Shown: one piece after another, positions 1-13,400 of the stretch
How the letters are laid out: the number at the start of each line of letters is the position of its first letter
Position numbering within the stretch: position 1 is the stretch's first letter
Assembly (NCBI GenBank): GCA_032718475.1
Contig: JAUCBJ010003987.1
Location: 1-64,000 of the forward strand
Direction of reading: 5' to 3'
Length of the DNA stretch: 64,000 nt
DNA from: Nemertoderma westbladi
Lineage: Eukaryota > Animalia > Xenacoelomorpha
Translations under genes and position numbers: made by a program
Notes under the pieces: model-generated
Told to the model about the DNA's origin: nothing
Database searches by the model: none
Seen by the model: the letters and a program-made list of their open reading frames with translations, nothing else

Positions 1-921
1 GATATCCAACCCTAACCAAAATTCGTTGCTAACATCACCGAATCCAGACTTATAGTACGCCCAATCCCGGAAGAATTCAACATCTCCATTAATTCTCCTT
101 TGAATCACCAACCATGGGCCACCTGGGTACGTGGAGTCACATCTGATTAAGCCATTTAGGCCATGATCACTACTGTGTATGTTAACAGTATTATTAAATT
201 GATATATAGGGCAAAGATGATTTGGAAGAAGATATCCCATAGCAAACAGTATCGAATTCTTTTGCTGAAGAACTTCGTCAGAAATTGTGATGCTTTGATT
301 ATTTAGTTTACCAGAAAACTTCTCAACTTTCTCACCAATGCTATAATTTAATTCCTTATTTTGTTCATTTAGAATATCAGAGAATAATTGACTTTGCTCA
401 CCAATGGTACTAATGAACATTGCAGTTTGTTCTGTAAGTTTGTCAGAATGCATTTCCATTTCCCCATTCAACTTTTCTTTTAACTCTATTGTTTTATCAT
501 TTAGTTTAGCTAAATTATGCTGTATATCATTATTTAGATCACCTTCCAAATTGTATATTTTTACTTCAATGGCTCTTTGATAACTCACTGATACCATAGC
601 AACAGTGACTTCACCTACCACAACTATAAGCAATCCAATAAATATAACAGCAATCAGCGCCCACAAACATTTGGGATTATTTAGTTTATCTCTTAAGTAT
701 GTCGTATTCAGAAAGGTAGTACCACCTGCCACTTTCTTTTTAATTCCATCCATCACACTCAATCGATTGTAATAGGTTTCTTCATAATCTTCGTATATAA
801 TGTCTTGGTTCTTGGTGGTAGTATCTCTGGATAGAGTATTACTATTAATATACTCCGAATTATCTTCTTGAATGCCAATGACACTGCTTTCAGCTGTTAT
901 TTGAGGCTTGGTAGTTTCCAT
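1..921 (-). CDS. Type-II transmembrane fibrinogen-related (FReD) receptor, copy 1 (runs off the left edge)
   Basis: Hand translation from the ATG at 921 is open for 307 codons to the window edge: [13 protein letters not shown]...[15 protein letters not shown]...[20 protein letters not shown] (TM)...coiled stalk...[48 protein letters not shown]. Clear paralog of 51719-52954. Absent from the ORF track because no stop lies in the window. Confidence 0.9.
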   Translation of the reverse strand, partial: METTKPQITAESSVIGIQEDNSEYINSNTLSRDTTTKNQDIIYEDYEETYYNRLSVMDGIKKKVAGGTTFLNTTYLRDKLNNPKCLWALIAVIFIGLLIVVVGEVTVAMVSVSYQRAIEVKIYNLEGDLNNDIQHNLAKLNDKTIELKEKLNGEMEMHSDKLTEQTAMFISTIGEQSQLFSDILNEQNKELNYSIGEKVEKFSGKLNNQSITISDEVLQQKNSILFAMGYLLPNHLCPIYQFNNTVNIHSSDHGLNGLIRCDSTYPGGPWLVIQRRINGDVEFFRDWAYYKSGFGDVSNEFWLGLDI

Positions 922-1073
922 AGTAAAATAATTTGCATATTAAACTATATAATTTTACTAATCAAGCTAAACATAAAACAAACTTGAGCAGCAAACTTTA
1001 AGCAGAAAAATGACATGTTGACAAGGGTCATTATTCATTGGGACATTAATTCATAATAATATACTAAAAAAAA

Positions 1074-1954
1074 AGTTTCATAATCTTTCCGCAGTTATAA
1101 GTTTATTAAATAAAGAACAAATATAAATACACACAATAATTATTGAAATACAGAAAGAGGCAACGTTTCTACCACTATACTGTAGTATTCTTCAGACAAA
1201 AGTTTAGTACAACAATAGCAGGTACCGGTAATCTATAAGTCAGAATGAGAGAAAGATTTTAGGCGACCAGGGTCCCAATGATCTGTGCAGGGCAGTACAG
1301 TAGATGGGTATTTAAAAATGGTTAACTTAATGGAACTTCCCTGTTATTTATAGAAGGATTGTCTCTATGAATATATAGAGCCTCTAACTAGCAACTCGTA
1401 TTTTGGAGTTGGCCCTATCTAATCAGAGTTAACCATATGTTTGTAAACATACTCTTTTTGTCTTCCTCAAGATGCTCGTCTAGTCTTCCATTGAACCAGC
1501 GACATGAGTAGCCAGTATAAGATTCACTGCAGGAATCATATTTATAATTATAGACTATATCCGAGCTGACTCTGGTCACCGAGTTAGTAAACAAAACTTT
1601 ACCATATTAGATAGGGCCAACTCCAAATACGAGTTGCTAGTTAGAGGCTCTATATATTCATAGAGACAATCCTTCTATAAATAACAGGGAAGTTCCATTA
1701 AGTTAACCATTTATAAATACCCATTTACTGTACTGCCCTGCACAGATCATTGGGACCCTGGTCGCCTAAAATCTTTCTCTCATTCTGACTTATAGATTAC
1801 CGGTACCTGCTATTGTTGTACTAAACTTTTGTCTGAAGAATACTACAGTATAGTGGTAGAAACGTTGCCACTTTCTGTATTTCAATAATTACTGTATGTA
1901 TTAATATTTTTTCTTTATTTAATAAACTTGTAACTACGGAAACATTATGAAACT
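1074..1954. mobile_element. Foldback/MITE-like element with ~350-bp inverted arms
   Basis: 1074-1423 is a near-perfect reverse complement of 1606-1954, with a ~180-bp spacer. No TSD identified. Confidence 0.8.
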
Positions 1955-3444
1955 CTCATTTTATTCAATAAGCTTGATATTGCTATTCGTTAGCCGACTC
2001 GTTGGTTATCATTCCCATATAATAATATATTATTATTGTTTGTTTGTTTGTTTTGAAAATAAGAAAATATTTTATATTAAGAGGAAATTCTTTGAAGTTT
2101 AAATAGATTATTGATTAGAAGATCAATTTTGCTACATTTAAATCTATAAAACATTATTGCTAAACTTTGTAAATATTAATGGTATTCTTATTAACATTTA
2201 TCTTACCAGAATGATATTGAACTATGACCCATCGCATATATGCATCAGCGATATATACTGGAATATTTTCCACTGGTGAGTTACTATTTGCTGTGAGATT
2301 TCTTGTACTGGTCAATAGGGATAATCTCAATCTACAGACAACTATGATGTACAATAGTATCTGGAGTAGAAAATAATCTATCCCAACAGAAGAATGGATT
2401 ATAGAGAACAGTAATACACAAATTAGCCAGATGTCACTTTTAAATCATGCAACTAGATTATACCATTCAAGACCATTATTGGTTAGATCTGTACCCTCAT
2501 CACAAGCGGTAGTATAAGTGGTGAACTGACCACACTAGCTGATAGGATGCATCTTGCTGCAGTCGACATCCACGAACATAGGATCTAGATCACCATCAAC
2601 AAAGTTGGAAACTGGCTGACTTCAACAAACTTTAGAAAGCTGTCTTAGTCTTACTGACATCATTCAACTTGATGGTTTTTCCCATAGTCTGGAGCAAACC
2701 ATTCAATTATTCAAATACCTGACCAGACAGCTGATGATGTCCAGTCTGGTTAGGATGCGAGGAAATGCCGCTGTTCCACCTGGGTTGGAAAAGTCGTAAT
2801 GCAGACTGTGTTGCCATCGTAAACTCTTTCATCTTTTCCATCTGCATGATTGCTAGTACTTGTTAAGTAAGAACCCCAGTGTCTGTCTTATAGTGAGATG
2901 CTAGGTTCTCCACTGGGCAGCGGTGACTTGCACCCAGGAAGTTCGGTTCGGATATGCGAGGAGCAGAAAGCTGGGATCGAATTTGCGATCCAATCTCTCA
3001 CTGATGTTTTTGCCAAAACGAAATTTCAGGCAGCCACAGCCGCATACTCGGTGTTGCTGAGTTGAAGGATACCGCACCTGAGGTGCTTTCACAATAGTAT
3101 TTGGCAGAACAGGTATAAAGTCAGTCTGCTTCATTCACTCTGCTGCCATTGGACATAGCCGCACTAAAGATCAGAAATACTTACAATCAATTCAATTCAA
3201 TTACATTATCATAAAGTTATAAATCAAATTACAGCAATAGCAATATGTTTAAGGGTAGCCACGAATAGCACAGTGCTAGCAGAGGTGTAGGATACCTCTA
3301 CAGGACACAATACTGTGTAGGACTACTACAGTAGTGTACTACTACTACTACTACTACTATTATGGCCTGCTGCATTGAAACTGAATGAGATGCTATGAAA
3401 GCTTAACGAAAACATTTTGTCACCACACTGCAATCCACAATTGG

Positions 3445-3585
3445 TACTAGGTACTTGGTACTAGGTACTTGGCACTTGGTACTAGGTACTAGGTACTTGG
3501 TACTAGGTACTTGGTACTTGGCACTAGGTACTAGGTACTTGGTACTAGGTACTTGGCACTAGGTACTTGGTACTAGGTACTTGGC
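3445..3585. repeat. Short tandem repeat of TACTAGG/TACTTGG heptamers
   Basis: Directly visible; abuts the end of an RT fragment. Confidence 0.85.
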
Positions 3586-3845
3586 AGGATTTCCTCGACT
3601 TCTGGAGCCAGTAGGTGGAGTAAACATGGTTGAGAAACCATTACCATTATGATGATCTAAGGACATGCGTAGAACATAGTCAACCACAATTATGATTAAG
3701 AATGGCGCAAGTGTGTCTCCCTGGAGGACGCCCCATAACACTTCAAATGGTTCTGTATCACCGTCAACAGTAGACACAAATGTTGTCGAACCATCGTATA
3801 CTAATCTGATTGCTGCAATAATTTTATCAGGAATCCCATATAATG
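3575..3845 (-). mobile_element. RTE-type non-LTR retrotransposon RT fragment
   Basis: YGIPDKII...GVLQGDTLAPFLIIIVVDYVLR; same family as 29420-30413 and 33725-34420. Confidence 0.85.
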
Positions 3846-4543
3846 AATGTATGATGAACATACATACACACACCTATACATACATACATACAAACATCCA
3901 TCGTGTTTTTACTGGCCTCAGCTTTAGACAAAAACTACCCTGTCTAAAGACAGTTTCGTTATTAGTTATATTATAATTAGTTATTAATGTTGTTTATAGT
4001 TGTATACTTAAAATAAGAATATAAATACAGAGACAGTGTTCAATGCTAATTATGATTCTATTTTTAACATTGAATACGCAATTTTAGCAGGACTTAGGGT
4101 GAACAATAAGAATTTGTAAATAAAAAAAAAACGAAGCGACAATTTTGAGTTCTCCGTCTGATATGACAACCGTTCACCAATTTAATCAACTACTCTATCG
4201 CTTGTCGATTGTAAATATGCAATTGAAATGGAAGCTTTTACTCCACCACCAATTTTATTATTTATCGAATAAACAAACTTTATTATCATCATCTGAAATT
4301 ATTTTTTTTTCGAAAATAAAATAAATTAACAATTTTTCATTTTGATTGGATTGTTTTATTTGTGAAATATTTATGATATATTGAAAATATTCTAATTGTG
4401 TTATTGCAACAAAATTAATGTTTTTCGTAATATACGCACGTAGTTAATTATTAATTTTTTCACATATAGGACATAAATTTGCAGAAATTTGAGAAAATTT
4501 AATATTAATTTAATTTTGGTATTGATATTTATCGCAAAATTTT

Positions 4544-5974
4544 TCAACAAGTTTTACTGCATTTGGACTTTTCGGAAAGACAATCATCCTCATTCATAGA
4601 AATACATTCTGTGTTCCGTTTGGTGATCACAGACCACTGGCGGGGAACAGACGAACTAAATATCGCGAATAGAACGCCGACGCAACCGTAGAGAACGGCT
4701 GCAACGAGGAACACATTCCTCCACTGCTCCCGAGTTCCATCTGCCGTTGTCACGCTCACCAAATAGGGTGCGGCTAGTGTAAGCCCCGAGCCTAGGGTGT
4801 TACCGGCACCCACTGTAACACCCACATGGGAGGGTGCCACCTCGTTGTGATTAACCATAAACCCACCACCGTACGAACAACCAAGTCCAGTGAAACATAG
4901 GCTTAATAGGAAGACAGATATTCCTGGGTTAGTTTCCGGCACCCACCCCACGCACGCCATAGACACTCCGCATATACAGACACCCACACTGTTTAACAAT
5001 TTCCTAGTCACCGTGGCGGAAATAATCCTTCTTTTAATTAGTAAATCTGCGAGCCAAGAGAAACTTACTAACCCCACTAAGTTACCGACATAAGGCAGAG
5101 ACGATATGAACCCATTCCTCTCTATAGCGAATTCTAAAACTTCCTCCATGTAGGACGGAAGTTGTGTTGCCAAGGTTACAAGTACAGTTAAGGACATGGA
5201 GGTCATTATCATTGGTGCCCAAATAGCAACGTCACATAATAACAGTTTCCATGGTATCGAGAGTTTAACATATTCTTTTTTAGTTATTTGTAGTAAATAT
5301 TCTTTCTCTTGGTTGCTAATCCGTGGATGATGCGTCGGCGAGTCGTATAAGAAGAAATAGAACAGGATTGTTGTAATAAATGATATTCCTCCGCTGATGT
5401 AGTACAGAGACGGCCAACCCCCGTCGAATCCGTGTACAGCTAGCCAACCACCGGCCTGCATTGTCATTATTATACCCAATGGGAAGCCGGCCCATGTTAA
5501 TGCAATCATCTGACTGCAGTGTACGGGGGCGGTCCATGAATGGATGAGTATGTGGAACGACGGGAAGAATGGGCCAACAAACACGCCCTGTAAGAAACGA
5601 AACACAATAAGAGCTGCCCAATGCCATCTAGCGGCGACTGGGTGCAACAACGTGACTACAGTGGCCAGGGCAGAGGAAACCACTAAGGATATTCTAGGTC
5701 CGTAACTTGTTGCTATGCAACCGCCGGACACCGAACCCACACCGTAACCCCAGAAGACTGCACTCAGAATCAATCCTTCTATAGATTTATTCCAATGGAA
5801 AACATTGTAGCCAAGGTCGCCATCTGTTTCGTTGTTATTGGCATTTACAGTTGTCATGGGAACTATTGTAATAGCGATGGAATATCTCGATATATTCAGT
5901 ACAATTGCTCCACAAACGATAAGAATAATGACTGTAAGCCGACAGCTTCCAACCAAGCGCAGTTCATTTACCAT
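4544..5974 (-). CDS. SLC17-family (sialin/VGLUT/inorganic phosphate cotransporter-like) MFS anion transporter, intronless
   Basis: 476 aa with ~12 hydrophobic segments. SLC17-type motifs: FHWNKSIEGLILSAVFWGY, RFLQG, GWPSLYY, DSPTHHPRISNQEKEYL, IPW, LPSYMEEVL, NGFISSLPY, TRKL, W(R)NVF. Confidence 0.9.
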   Translation of the reverse strand: MVNELRLVGSCRLTVIILIVCGAIVLNISRYSIAITIVPMTTVNANNNETDGDLGYNVFHWNKSIEGLILSAVFWGYGVGSVSGGCIATSYGPRISLVVSSALATVVTLLHPVAARWHWAALIVFRFLQGVFVGPFFPSFHILIHSWTAPVHCSQMIALTWAGFPLGIIMTMQAGGWLAVHGFDGGWPSLYYISGGISFITTILFYFFLYDSPTHHPRISNQEKEYLLQITKKEYVKLSIPWKLLLCDVAIWAPMIMTSMSLTVLVTLATQLPSYMEEVLEFAIERNGFISSLPYVGNLVGLVSFSWLADLLIKRRIISATVTRKLLNSVGVCICGVSMACVGWVPETNPGISVFLLSLCFTGLGCSYGGGFMVNHNEVAPSHVGVTVGAGNTLGSGLTLAAPYLVSVTTADGTREQWRNVFLVAAVLYGCVGVLFAIFSSSVPRQWSVITKRNTECISMNEDDCLSEKSKCSKTC

Positions 5975-6299
5975 CTTCTGTAGTCAATCCAATATAATAA
6001 ATAAAGTTAAAATCAAAATCAAAGTCAGTGTGTGGTATCCTTGTACACACTGTAGTGTAGTGATGTATTGCTGTATGCGCGCGATGTACAGTAAAGATAC
6101 AGTCAGTCGTGATTCAATGAACTCCTATTCTTAATCACACTTTTTCAGAATTGAACAACACTCTTGAACTGCTGTTATCAGTTTAATGTAAATATTTACC
6201 GAAGTAATATTACCTGCAAGTGTAGATAGGCCCTGCCTATAGTATAGACCAAGGCGTCTTTTATTTAATACGCATTGGTATATGCATACATTGTTAAAT

Positions 6300-6520
6300 C
6301 GCGTTTCGGCAACTGTCGCGTTTCGGCAACTGTTGCTATTCGGCAAAAAAGATGCTTTTCGGCAAAAAAGATGCGTTTCGGCAAAAAAAAGTCGCGATTC
6401 GGCAAAAAATTCGCGATTCGGCCAAAAAGTTGCTTTTCGGCAAAAAAGATGCGTTTCGGCAAAAAAAGTAGCGATTCGGCAAAAAGTCGCGATTCGGCAA
6501 AAAAGTTGCGTTTCGGCAAA
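6300..6520. repeat. ~19-20-bp tandem repeat with TTCGGCAAAAAA core
   Basis: About 11 imperfect copies; the ORFs called over it are repeat artefacts. Confidence 0.85.
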
Positions 6521-7424
6521 AGATAAAGATAAATTCCTAGATGTTAGAACGGGGTTGAATTCAATAATTAAAATCGTAGTGGTCTTTTCTTATGTCAATT
6601 ATGCAAGGTATGTGGTGCAGTACTAATATTATTTTATTTATTTGTATGTAATTAATTCCGGACTACTTACGGGGTAACTTGCCAGTTACCCCTAAAGACG
6701 TTTTCAGATTTAAAATCCTCATTGAATTCTGCCCCAGATACGTTAAATAAATTTATGAAATCCCCCCCCCCCCCCCCCCTTACAATACATCAAGGGCCAA
6801 CAATTGGCCAATTTGTTTGGTAGTAACTTTGAAATTTATCTACCAATGGTCCCCGGCTGCCCTTTCTTTAATTTTTCATGAAAAACCGCAAATAATAACC
6901 TGCAAAATAGTTATTTATAAAATTATTTAATTGTTTATTAATAAATTTTAATTATTAATAATTGAAATTATACGTCAGGGGACACACCGCAAAGTATATT
7001 CAATCTTGTTTCCATATCATTAGTGGAATATTTACCGAAATTCCGATATTCTTCTGCCCACCTGTATTATAATTTTCACTCGTTGCTCTTATTAGCAAGG
7101 GCTTCGCTTTTGCCAAAAGCATTGTAAATAGTTAAAAAATTATACTGTTGAACACTTCCTCTTTTTTTTATTGAATTATATTTATTTCATTTTCAATAAT
7201 TAACAGAATAAAGAAAATTACATTTAATTAAAAAAAAATTGAATACAAAATAATGTAAGTCCTACTACGAATTGTACTTATATAGTTTTATATTTATTTC
7301 CAGTTTTTAACTTATACTTTCAGTTTAAAATCTTGGGTAATTTAGTTCTAGTTACTTTTTTAAACAATTGCTGTTTCACGTCAGAAAAAATGCCAGAAAC
7401 AATTTTAGTTCTATTTTGTATTCA

Positions 7425-10400
7425 GTTCGCAGCACTAGTCCCTCGGTTGGAGTCCCGTATCTAGCTAGTTTCTGTTCGCAGCACTAGTCCCTCGGTTGGA
7501 GTCCCGTATCTACCTAGTTTCTGTTCGCAGCACTAGTCCCTCGGTTGGAGTCCGTATCTACCTAGTTTCTGTTCGCAGCACTAGTCCCTTGGTTGGAGTC
7601 CCGTATCTAGCTAGTTTATGTTCGCAGCACTAGTCCCTCGGTTGGAGTCCAGTATTTAGCTAGTTTCTGTTCGCAGCACTAGTCCCTCGGTTGGAGTCCA
7701 GTATTTAGCTAGTTTCTGTTCGCAGCACTAGTCCCTTGGTTGGAGCCCGTATCTACCTAGTTTCTGTTCGCAGCACTAGTCCCTTGGTTGGAGTCCCGTA
7801 TCTAGCTAGTTAATGTTCGCAGCAGTAGTCCCTCGGTTGGAGTCCAGTATTTAGCTAGTTTCTGTTCGCAGCACTAGTCCCTCGGTTGGAGTCCGTATCT
7901 ACCTAGTTTCTGTTCGCAGCACTAGTCCCTTGGTTGGAGCCCGTATCTACCTAGTTTCTGTTCGCAGCACTAGTCCCTTGGTTGGAGCCCGTATCTACCT
8001 AGTTTCTGTTCGCAGCACTAGTCCCTTGGTTGGAGTCCTGTATCTAGCTAGTTTATGTTCGCAGCACTAGTCCCTCGGTTGGAGTCCAGTATATAGCTAG
8101 TTTCTGTTCGCAGCACTAGTCCCTCGGTTGGAGTCCAGTATTTAGCTAGTTTCTGTTCGCAGCACTAGTCCCTTGGTTGGAGCCCGTATCTACCTAGTTT
8201 CTGTTCGCAGCACTAGTCCCTTGGTTGGAGTCCCGTATCTAGCTAGTTTATGTTCGCAGCACTAGTCCCTCGGTTGGAGTCCAGTATTTAGCTAGTTTCT
8301 GTTCGCAGCACTAGTCCCTTGGTTGGAGCCCGTATCTACCTAGTTTCTGTTCGCAGCACTAGTCCCTTGGTTGGAGTCCCGTATCTAGCTAGTTTATGTT
8401 CGCAGCACTAGTCCCTCGGTTGTAGTCCAGTATTTAGCTAGTTTCTGTTCGCAACACTAGTCCCTCGGTTGGCGTCCAGTATTTAGCTAGTTTCTGTTCG
8501 CAGCACTAGTCCCTCGGTTGGAGTCCCGTATCTAGCTAGTTTCTGTTCGCAGCACTAGTCCCTCGGTTGGAGTCCAGTATTTAGCTAGTTTCTGTTCGCA
8601 ACACTAGTCCCTCGGTTGGAGTCCCGTATCTAGCTAATTTCTGTTCGCAGCACTAGTCCCTCGGTTGGAGTCCCGTATCTACCTAGTTTCTGTTCGCAGC
8701 ACTAGTCCCTCGGTTGGCGTCCAGTATTTAGCTAGTTTCTGTTCGCAGCACTAGTCCCTCGGTTGGAGTCCCGTATCTAGCTAGTTTCTGTTCGCAGCAC
8801 TAGTCCCTCGGTTGGCGTCCAGTATTTAGCTAGTTTCTGTTCGCAGCACTAGTCCCTCGGTTGGAGTCCCGTATCTAGCTAGTTTCTGTTCGCAGCACTA
8901 GTCCCTCGGTTGGAGTCCAGTATTTAGCTAGTTTCTGTTCGCAACACTAGTCCCTCGGTTGGAGTCCCGTATCTAGCTAATTTCTGTTCGCAGCACTAGT
9001 CCCTCGGTTGGAGTCCGTATCTACCTAGTTTCTGTTCGCAGCACTAGTCCCTTGGTTGGAGCCCGTATCTACCTAGTTTCTGTTCGCAGCACTAGTCCCT
9101 TGGTTGGAGTCCCGTATCTAGCTAGTTTATGTTCGCAGCACTAGTCCCTCGTTTGGAGTCCAGTATTTAGCTAGTTTCTGTTCGCAGCACTAGTCCCTCG
9201 GTTGGAGTCCAGTATTTAGCTAGTTTCTGTTCGCAGCACTAGTCCCTTGGTTGGAGCCCGTATCTACCTAGTTTCTGTTCGCAGCACTAGTCCCTTGGTT
9301 GGAGTCCCGTATCTAGCTAGTTTATGTTCGCAGCACTAGTCCCTCGGTTGGAGTCCAGTATTTAGCTAGTTTCTGTTCGCAGCACTAGTCCCTCGGTTGG
9401 AGTCCGTATCTACCTAGTTTCTGTTCGCAGCACTAGTCCCTTGGTTGGAGCCCGTATCTACCTAGTTTCTGTTCGCAGCACTAGTCCCTTGGTTGGAGCC
9501 CGTATCTACCTAGTTTATGTTCGCAGCACTAGTCCCTCGGTTGGAGTCCAGTATTTAGCTAGTTTCTGTTCGCAGCACTAGTCCCTCGGTTGGAGTCCAG
9601 TATTTAGCTAGTTTCTGTTCGCAGCACTAGTCCCTTGGTTGGAGCCCGTATCTACCTAGTTTCTGTTCGCAGCACTACTCCCTTGGTTGGAGTCCCGTAT
9701 CTAGCTAGTTTATGTTCGCAGCACTAGTCCCTCGGTTGGAGTCCAGTATTTAGCTAGTTTCTGTTCGCAGCACTAGTCCCTTGGATGGAGCCCGTATCTA
9801 CCTAGTTTCTGTTCGCAGCACTAGTCCCTTGGTTGGAGTCCCGTATCTAGCTAGTTTATGTTCGCAGCACTAGTCCCTCGGTTGGAGTCCAGTATTTAGC
9901 TAGTTTCTGTTCGCAGCACTAGTCCCTCGGTTGGCGTCCAGTATTTAGCTAGTTTCTGTTCGCAGCACTAGTCCCTCGGTTGGAGTCCCGTATCTAGCTA
10001 GTTTCTGTTCGCAGCACTAGTCCCTTGGTTGGAGTCCAGTATTCAGCTAGTTTCTGTTCGCAGCACTAGTCCCTTGGTTGGAGCCCGTATCTACCTAGTT
10101 TCTGTTCGCAGCACTAGTCCCTTGGTTGGAGTCCCGTATCTAGCTAGTTTATGTTCGCAGCACTAGTCCCTCGGTTGGAGTCCAGTATTTAGCTAGTTTC
10201 TGTTCGCAGCACTAGTCCCTCGGTTGGCGTCCAGTATTTAGCTAGTTTCTGTTCGCAGCACTAGTCCCTCGGTTGGAGTCCCGTATCTAGCTAGTTTCTG
10301 TTCGCAGCACTAGTCCCTTGGTTGGAGTCCAGTATTTAGCTAGTTTCTGTTCGCAACACTAGTCCCTCGGTTGGAGTCCAGTATTTAGCTAGTTTCTGTT

Positions 10401-13400
10401 CGCAGCACTAGTCCCGCGGTTGGTGTTCCGTATCTAGCTAGTTTATGTTCGCAGCACTAGTCCCTCGGTTGGAGTTCCGTATCTAGCTAGTTTATGTTCG
10501 CAGCACTAGTCCCTTGGTTGGAGTCCCGTATCTAGCTAGTTTATGTTCGCAGCACTAGTCCCTCGGTTGGAGTCCAGTATTTAGCTAGTTTCTGTTCGCA
10601 GCACTAGTCCCTCGGTTGGAGTCCCGTATCTAGCTAGTTTCTGTTCGCAGCACTAGTCCCTCGGTTGGAGTCCAGTATTTAGCTAGTTTCTGTTCGCAGC
10701 ACTAGTCCCTCGGTTGGAGTTCCGTATCTAGCTAGTTTCTGTTCGCAGCACTAGTCCCTTGGTTGGAGTCCCGTATCTAGCTAGTTTCTGTTCGCAGCAC
10801 TAGTCCCTTGGTTGGAGTCCCGTATCTAGCTAGTTTATGTTCGCAGCACTAGTCCCTCGGTTGGAGTCCAGTATTTAGCTAGTTTCTGTTCGCAGCACTA
10901 GTCCCTCGGTTGGAGTCCCGTATCTAGCTAGTTTCTGTTCGCAGCACTAGTCCCTTGGTTGGAGTCCCGTATCTAGCTAGTTAATGTTCGCAGCAGTAGT
11001 CCCTCGGTTGGAGTCCAGTATTTAGCTAGTTTCTGTTCGCAGCACTAGTCCCTCGGTTGGAGTCCGTATCTACCTAGTTTCTGTTCGCAGCACTAGTCCC
11101 TTGGTTGGTGCCCGTATCTACCTAGTTTCTGTTCGCAGCACTAGTCCCTTGGTTGGAGCCCGTATCTACCTAGTTTCTGTTCGCAGCACTAGTCCCTTGG
11201 TTGGAGTCCTGTATCTAGCTAGTTTATGTTCGCAGCACTAGTCCCTCGGTTGGAGTCCAGTATATAGCTAGTTTCTGTTCGCAGCACTAGTCCCTTGGTT
11301 GGAGCCCGTATCTACCTAGTTTCTGTTCGCAGCACTAGTCCCTTGGTTGGAGCCCGTATCTACCTAGTTTCTGTTCGCAGCACTAGTCCCTTGGTTGGAG
11401 TCCTGTATCTAGCTAGTTTATGTTCGCAGCACTAGTCCCTCGGTTGGAGTCCAGTATATAGCTAGTTTCTGTTCGCAGCACTAGTCCCTCGGTTGGAGTC
11501 CAGTATTTAGCTAGTTTCTGTTCGCAGCACTAGTCCCTTGGTTGGAGCCCGTATCTACCTAGTTTCTGTTCGCAGCACTAGTCCCTTGGTTGGAGTCCCG
11601 TATCTAGCTAGTTTATGTTCGCAGCACTAGTCCCTCGGTTGGAGTCCAGTATTTAGCTAGTTTCTGTTCGCAGCACTAGTCCCTTGGTTGGAGCCCGTAT
11701 CTACCTAGTTTCTGTTCGCAGCACTAGTCCCTTGGTTGGAGTCCCGTATCTAGCTAGTTTATGTTCGCAGCACTAGTCCCTCGGTTGTAGTCCAGTATTT
11801 AGCTAGTTTCTGTTCGCAGCACTAGTCCCTCGGTTGGCGTCCAGTATTTAGCTAGTTTCTGTTCGCAGCACTAGTCCCTCGGTTGGAGTCCCGTATCTAG
11901 CCCTCGGTTGGAGTCCAGTATTTAGCTAGTTTCTGTTCGCAGCACTAGTCCCTTGGTTGGAGCCCGTATCTACCTAGTTTCTGTTCGCAGCACTAGTCCC
12001 TTGGTTGGAGTCCCGTATCTAGCTAGTTTATGTTCGCAGCACTAGTCCCTCGGTTGGAGTCCAGTATTTAGCTAGTTTCTGTTCGCAGCACTAGTCCCTC
12101 GGTTGGAGTCCGTATCTACCTAGTTTCTGTTCGCAGCACTAGTCCCTTGGTTGGAGCCCGTATCTACCTAGTTTCTGTTCGCAGCACTAGTCCCTTGGTT
12201 GGAGCCCGTATCTACCTAGTTTATGTTCGCAGCACTAGTCCCTCGGTTGGAGTCCAGTATTTAGCTAGTTTCTGTTCGCAGCACTAGTCCCTCGGTTGGA
12301 GTCCAGTATTTAGCTAGTTTCTGTTCGCAGCACTAGTCCCTTGGTTGGAGCCCGTATCTACCTAGTTTCTGTTCGCAGCACTACTCCCTTGGTTGGAGTC
12401 CCGTATCTAGCTAGTTTATGTTCGCAGCACTAGTCCCTCGGTTGGAGTCCAGTATTTAGCTAGTTTCTGTTCGCAGCACTAGTCCCTTGGATGGAGCCCG
12501 TATCTACCTAGTTTCTGTTCGCAGCTCTAGTCCCTTGGTTGGAGTCCCGTATCTAGCTAGTTTATGTTCGCAGCACTAGTCCCTCGGTTGGAGTCCAGTA
12601 TTTAGCTAGTTTCTGTTCGCAGCACTAGTCCCTCGGTTGGCGTCCAGTATTTAGCTAGTTTCTGTTCGCAGCACTAGTCCCTCGGTTGGAGTCCCGTATC
12701 TAGCTAGTTTCTGTTCGCAGCACTAGTCCCTTGGTTGTAGTCCAGTATTTAGCTAGTTTCTGTTCGCAGCACTAGTCCCTTGGTTGGAGCCCGTATCTAC
12801 CTAGTTTCTGTTCGCAGCACTAGTCCCTTGGTTGGAGTCCCGTATCTAGCTAGTTTATGTTCGCAGCACTAGTCCCTCGGTTGGAGTCCAGTATTTAGCT
12901 AGTTTCTGTTCGCAGCACTAGTCCCTCGGTTGGCGTCCAGTATTTAGCTAGTTTCTGTTCGCAGCACTAGTCCCTCGGTTGGAGTCCCGTATCTAGCTAG
13001 TTTCTGTTCGCAGCACTAGTCCCTTGGTTGGAGTCCAGTATTTAGCTAGTTTCTGTTCGCAACACTAGTCCCTCGGTTGGAGTCCAGTATTTAGCTAGTT
13101 TCTGTTCGCAGCACTAGTCCCGCGGTTGGTGTTCCGTATCTAGCTAGTTTATGTTCGCAGCACTAGTCCCTCGGTTGGAGTTCCGTATCTAGCTAGTTTA
13201 TGTTCGCAGCACTAGTCCCTTGGTTGGAGTCCCGTATCTAGCTAGTTTATGTTCGCAGCACTAGTCCCTCGGTTGGAGTCCAGTATTTAGCTAGTTTCTG
13301 TTCGCAGCACTAGTCCCTCGGTTGGAGTCCCGTATCTAGCTAGTTTCTGTTCGCAGCACTAGTCCCTCGGTTGGAGTCCAGTATTTAGCTAGTTTCTGTT

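Noticed and set aside
6265-6626. Overlapping K/R/F-rich ORFs
   Set aside because: Translation of the TTCGGCAAAAAA repeat.
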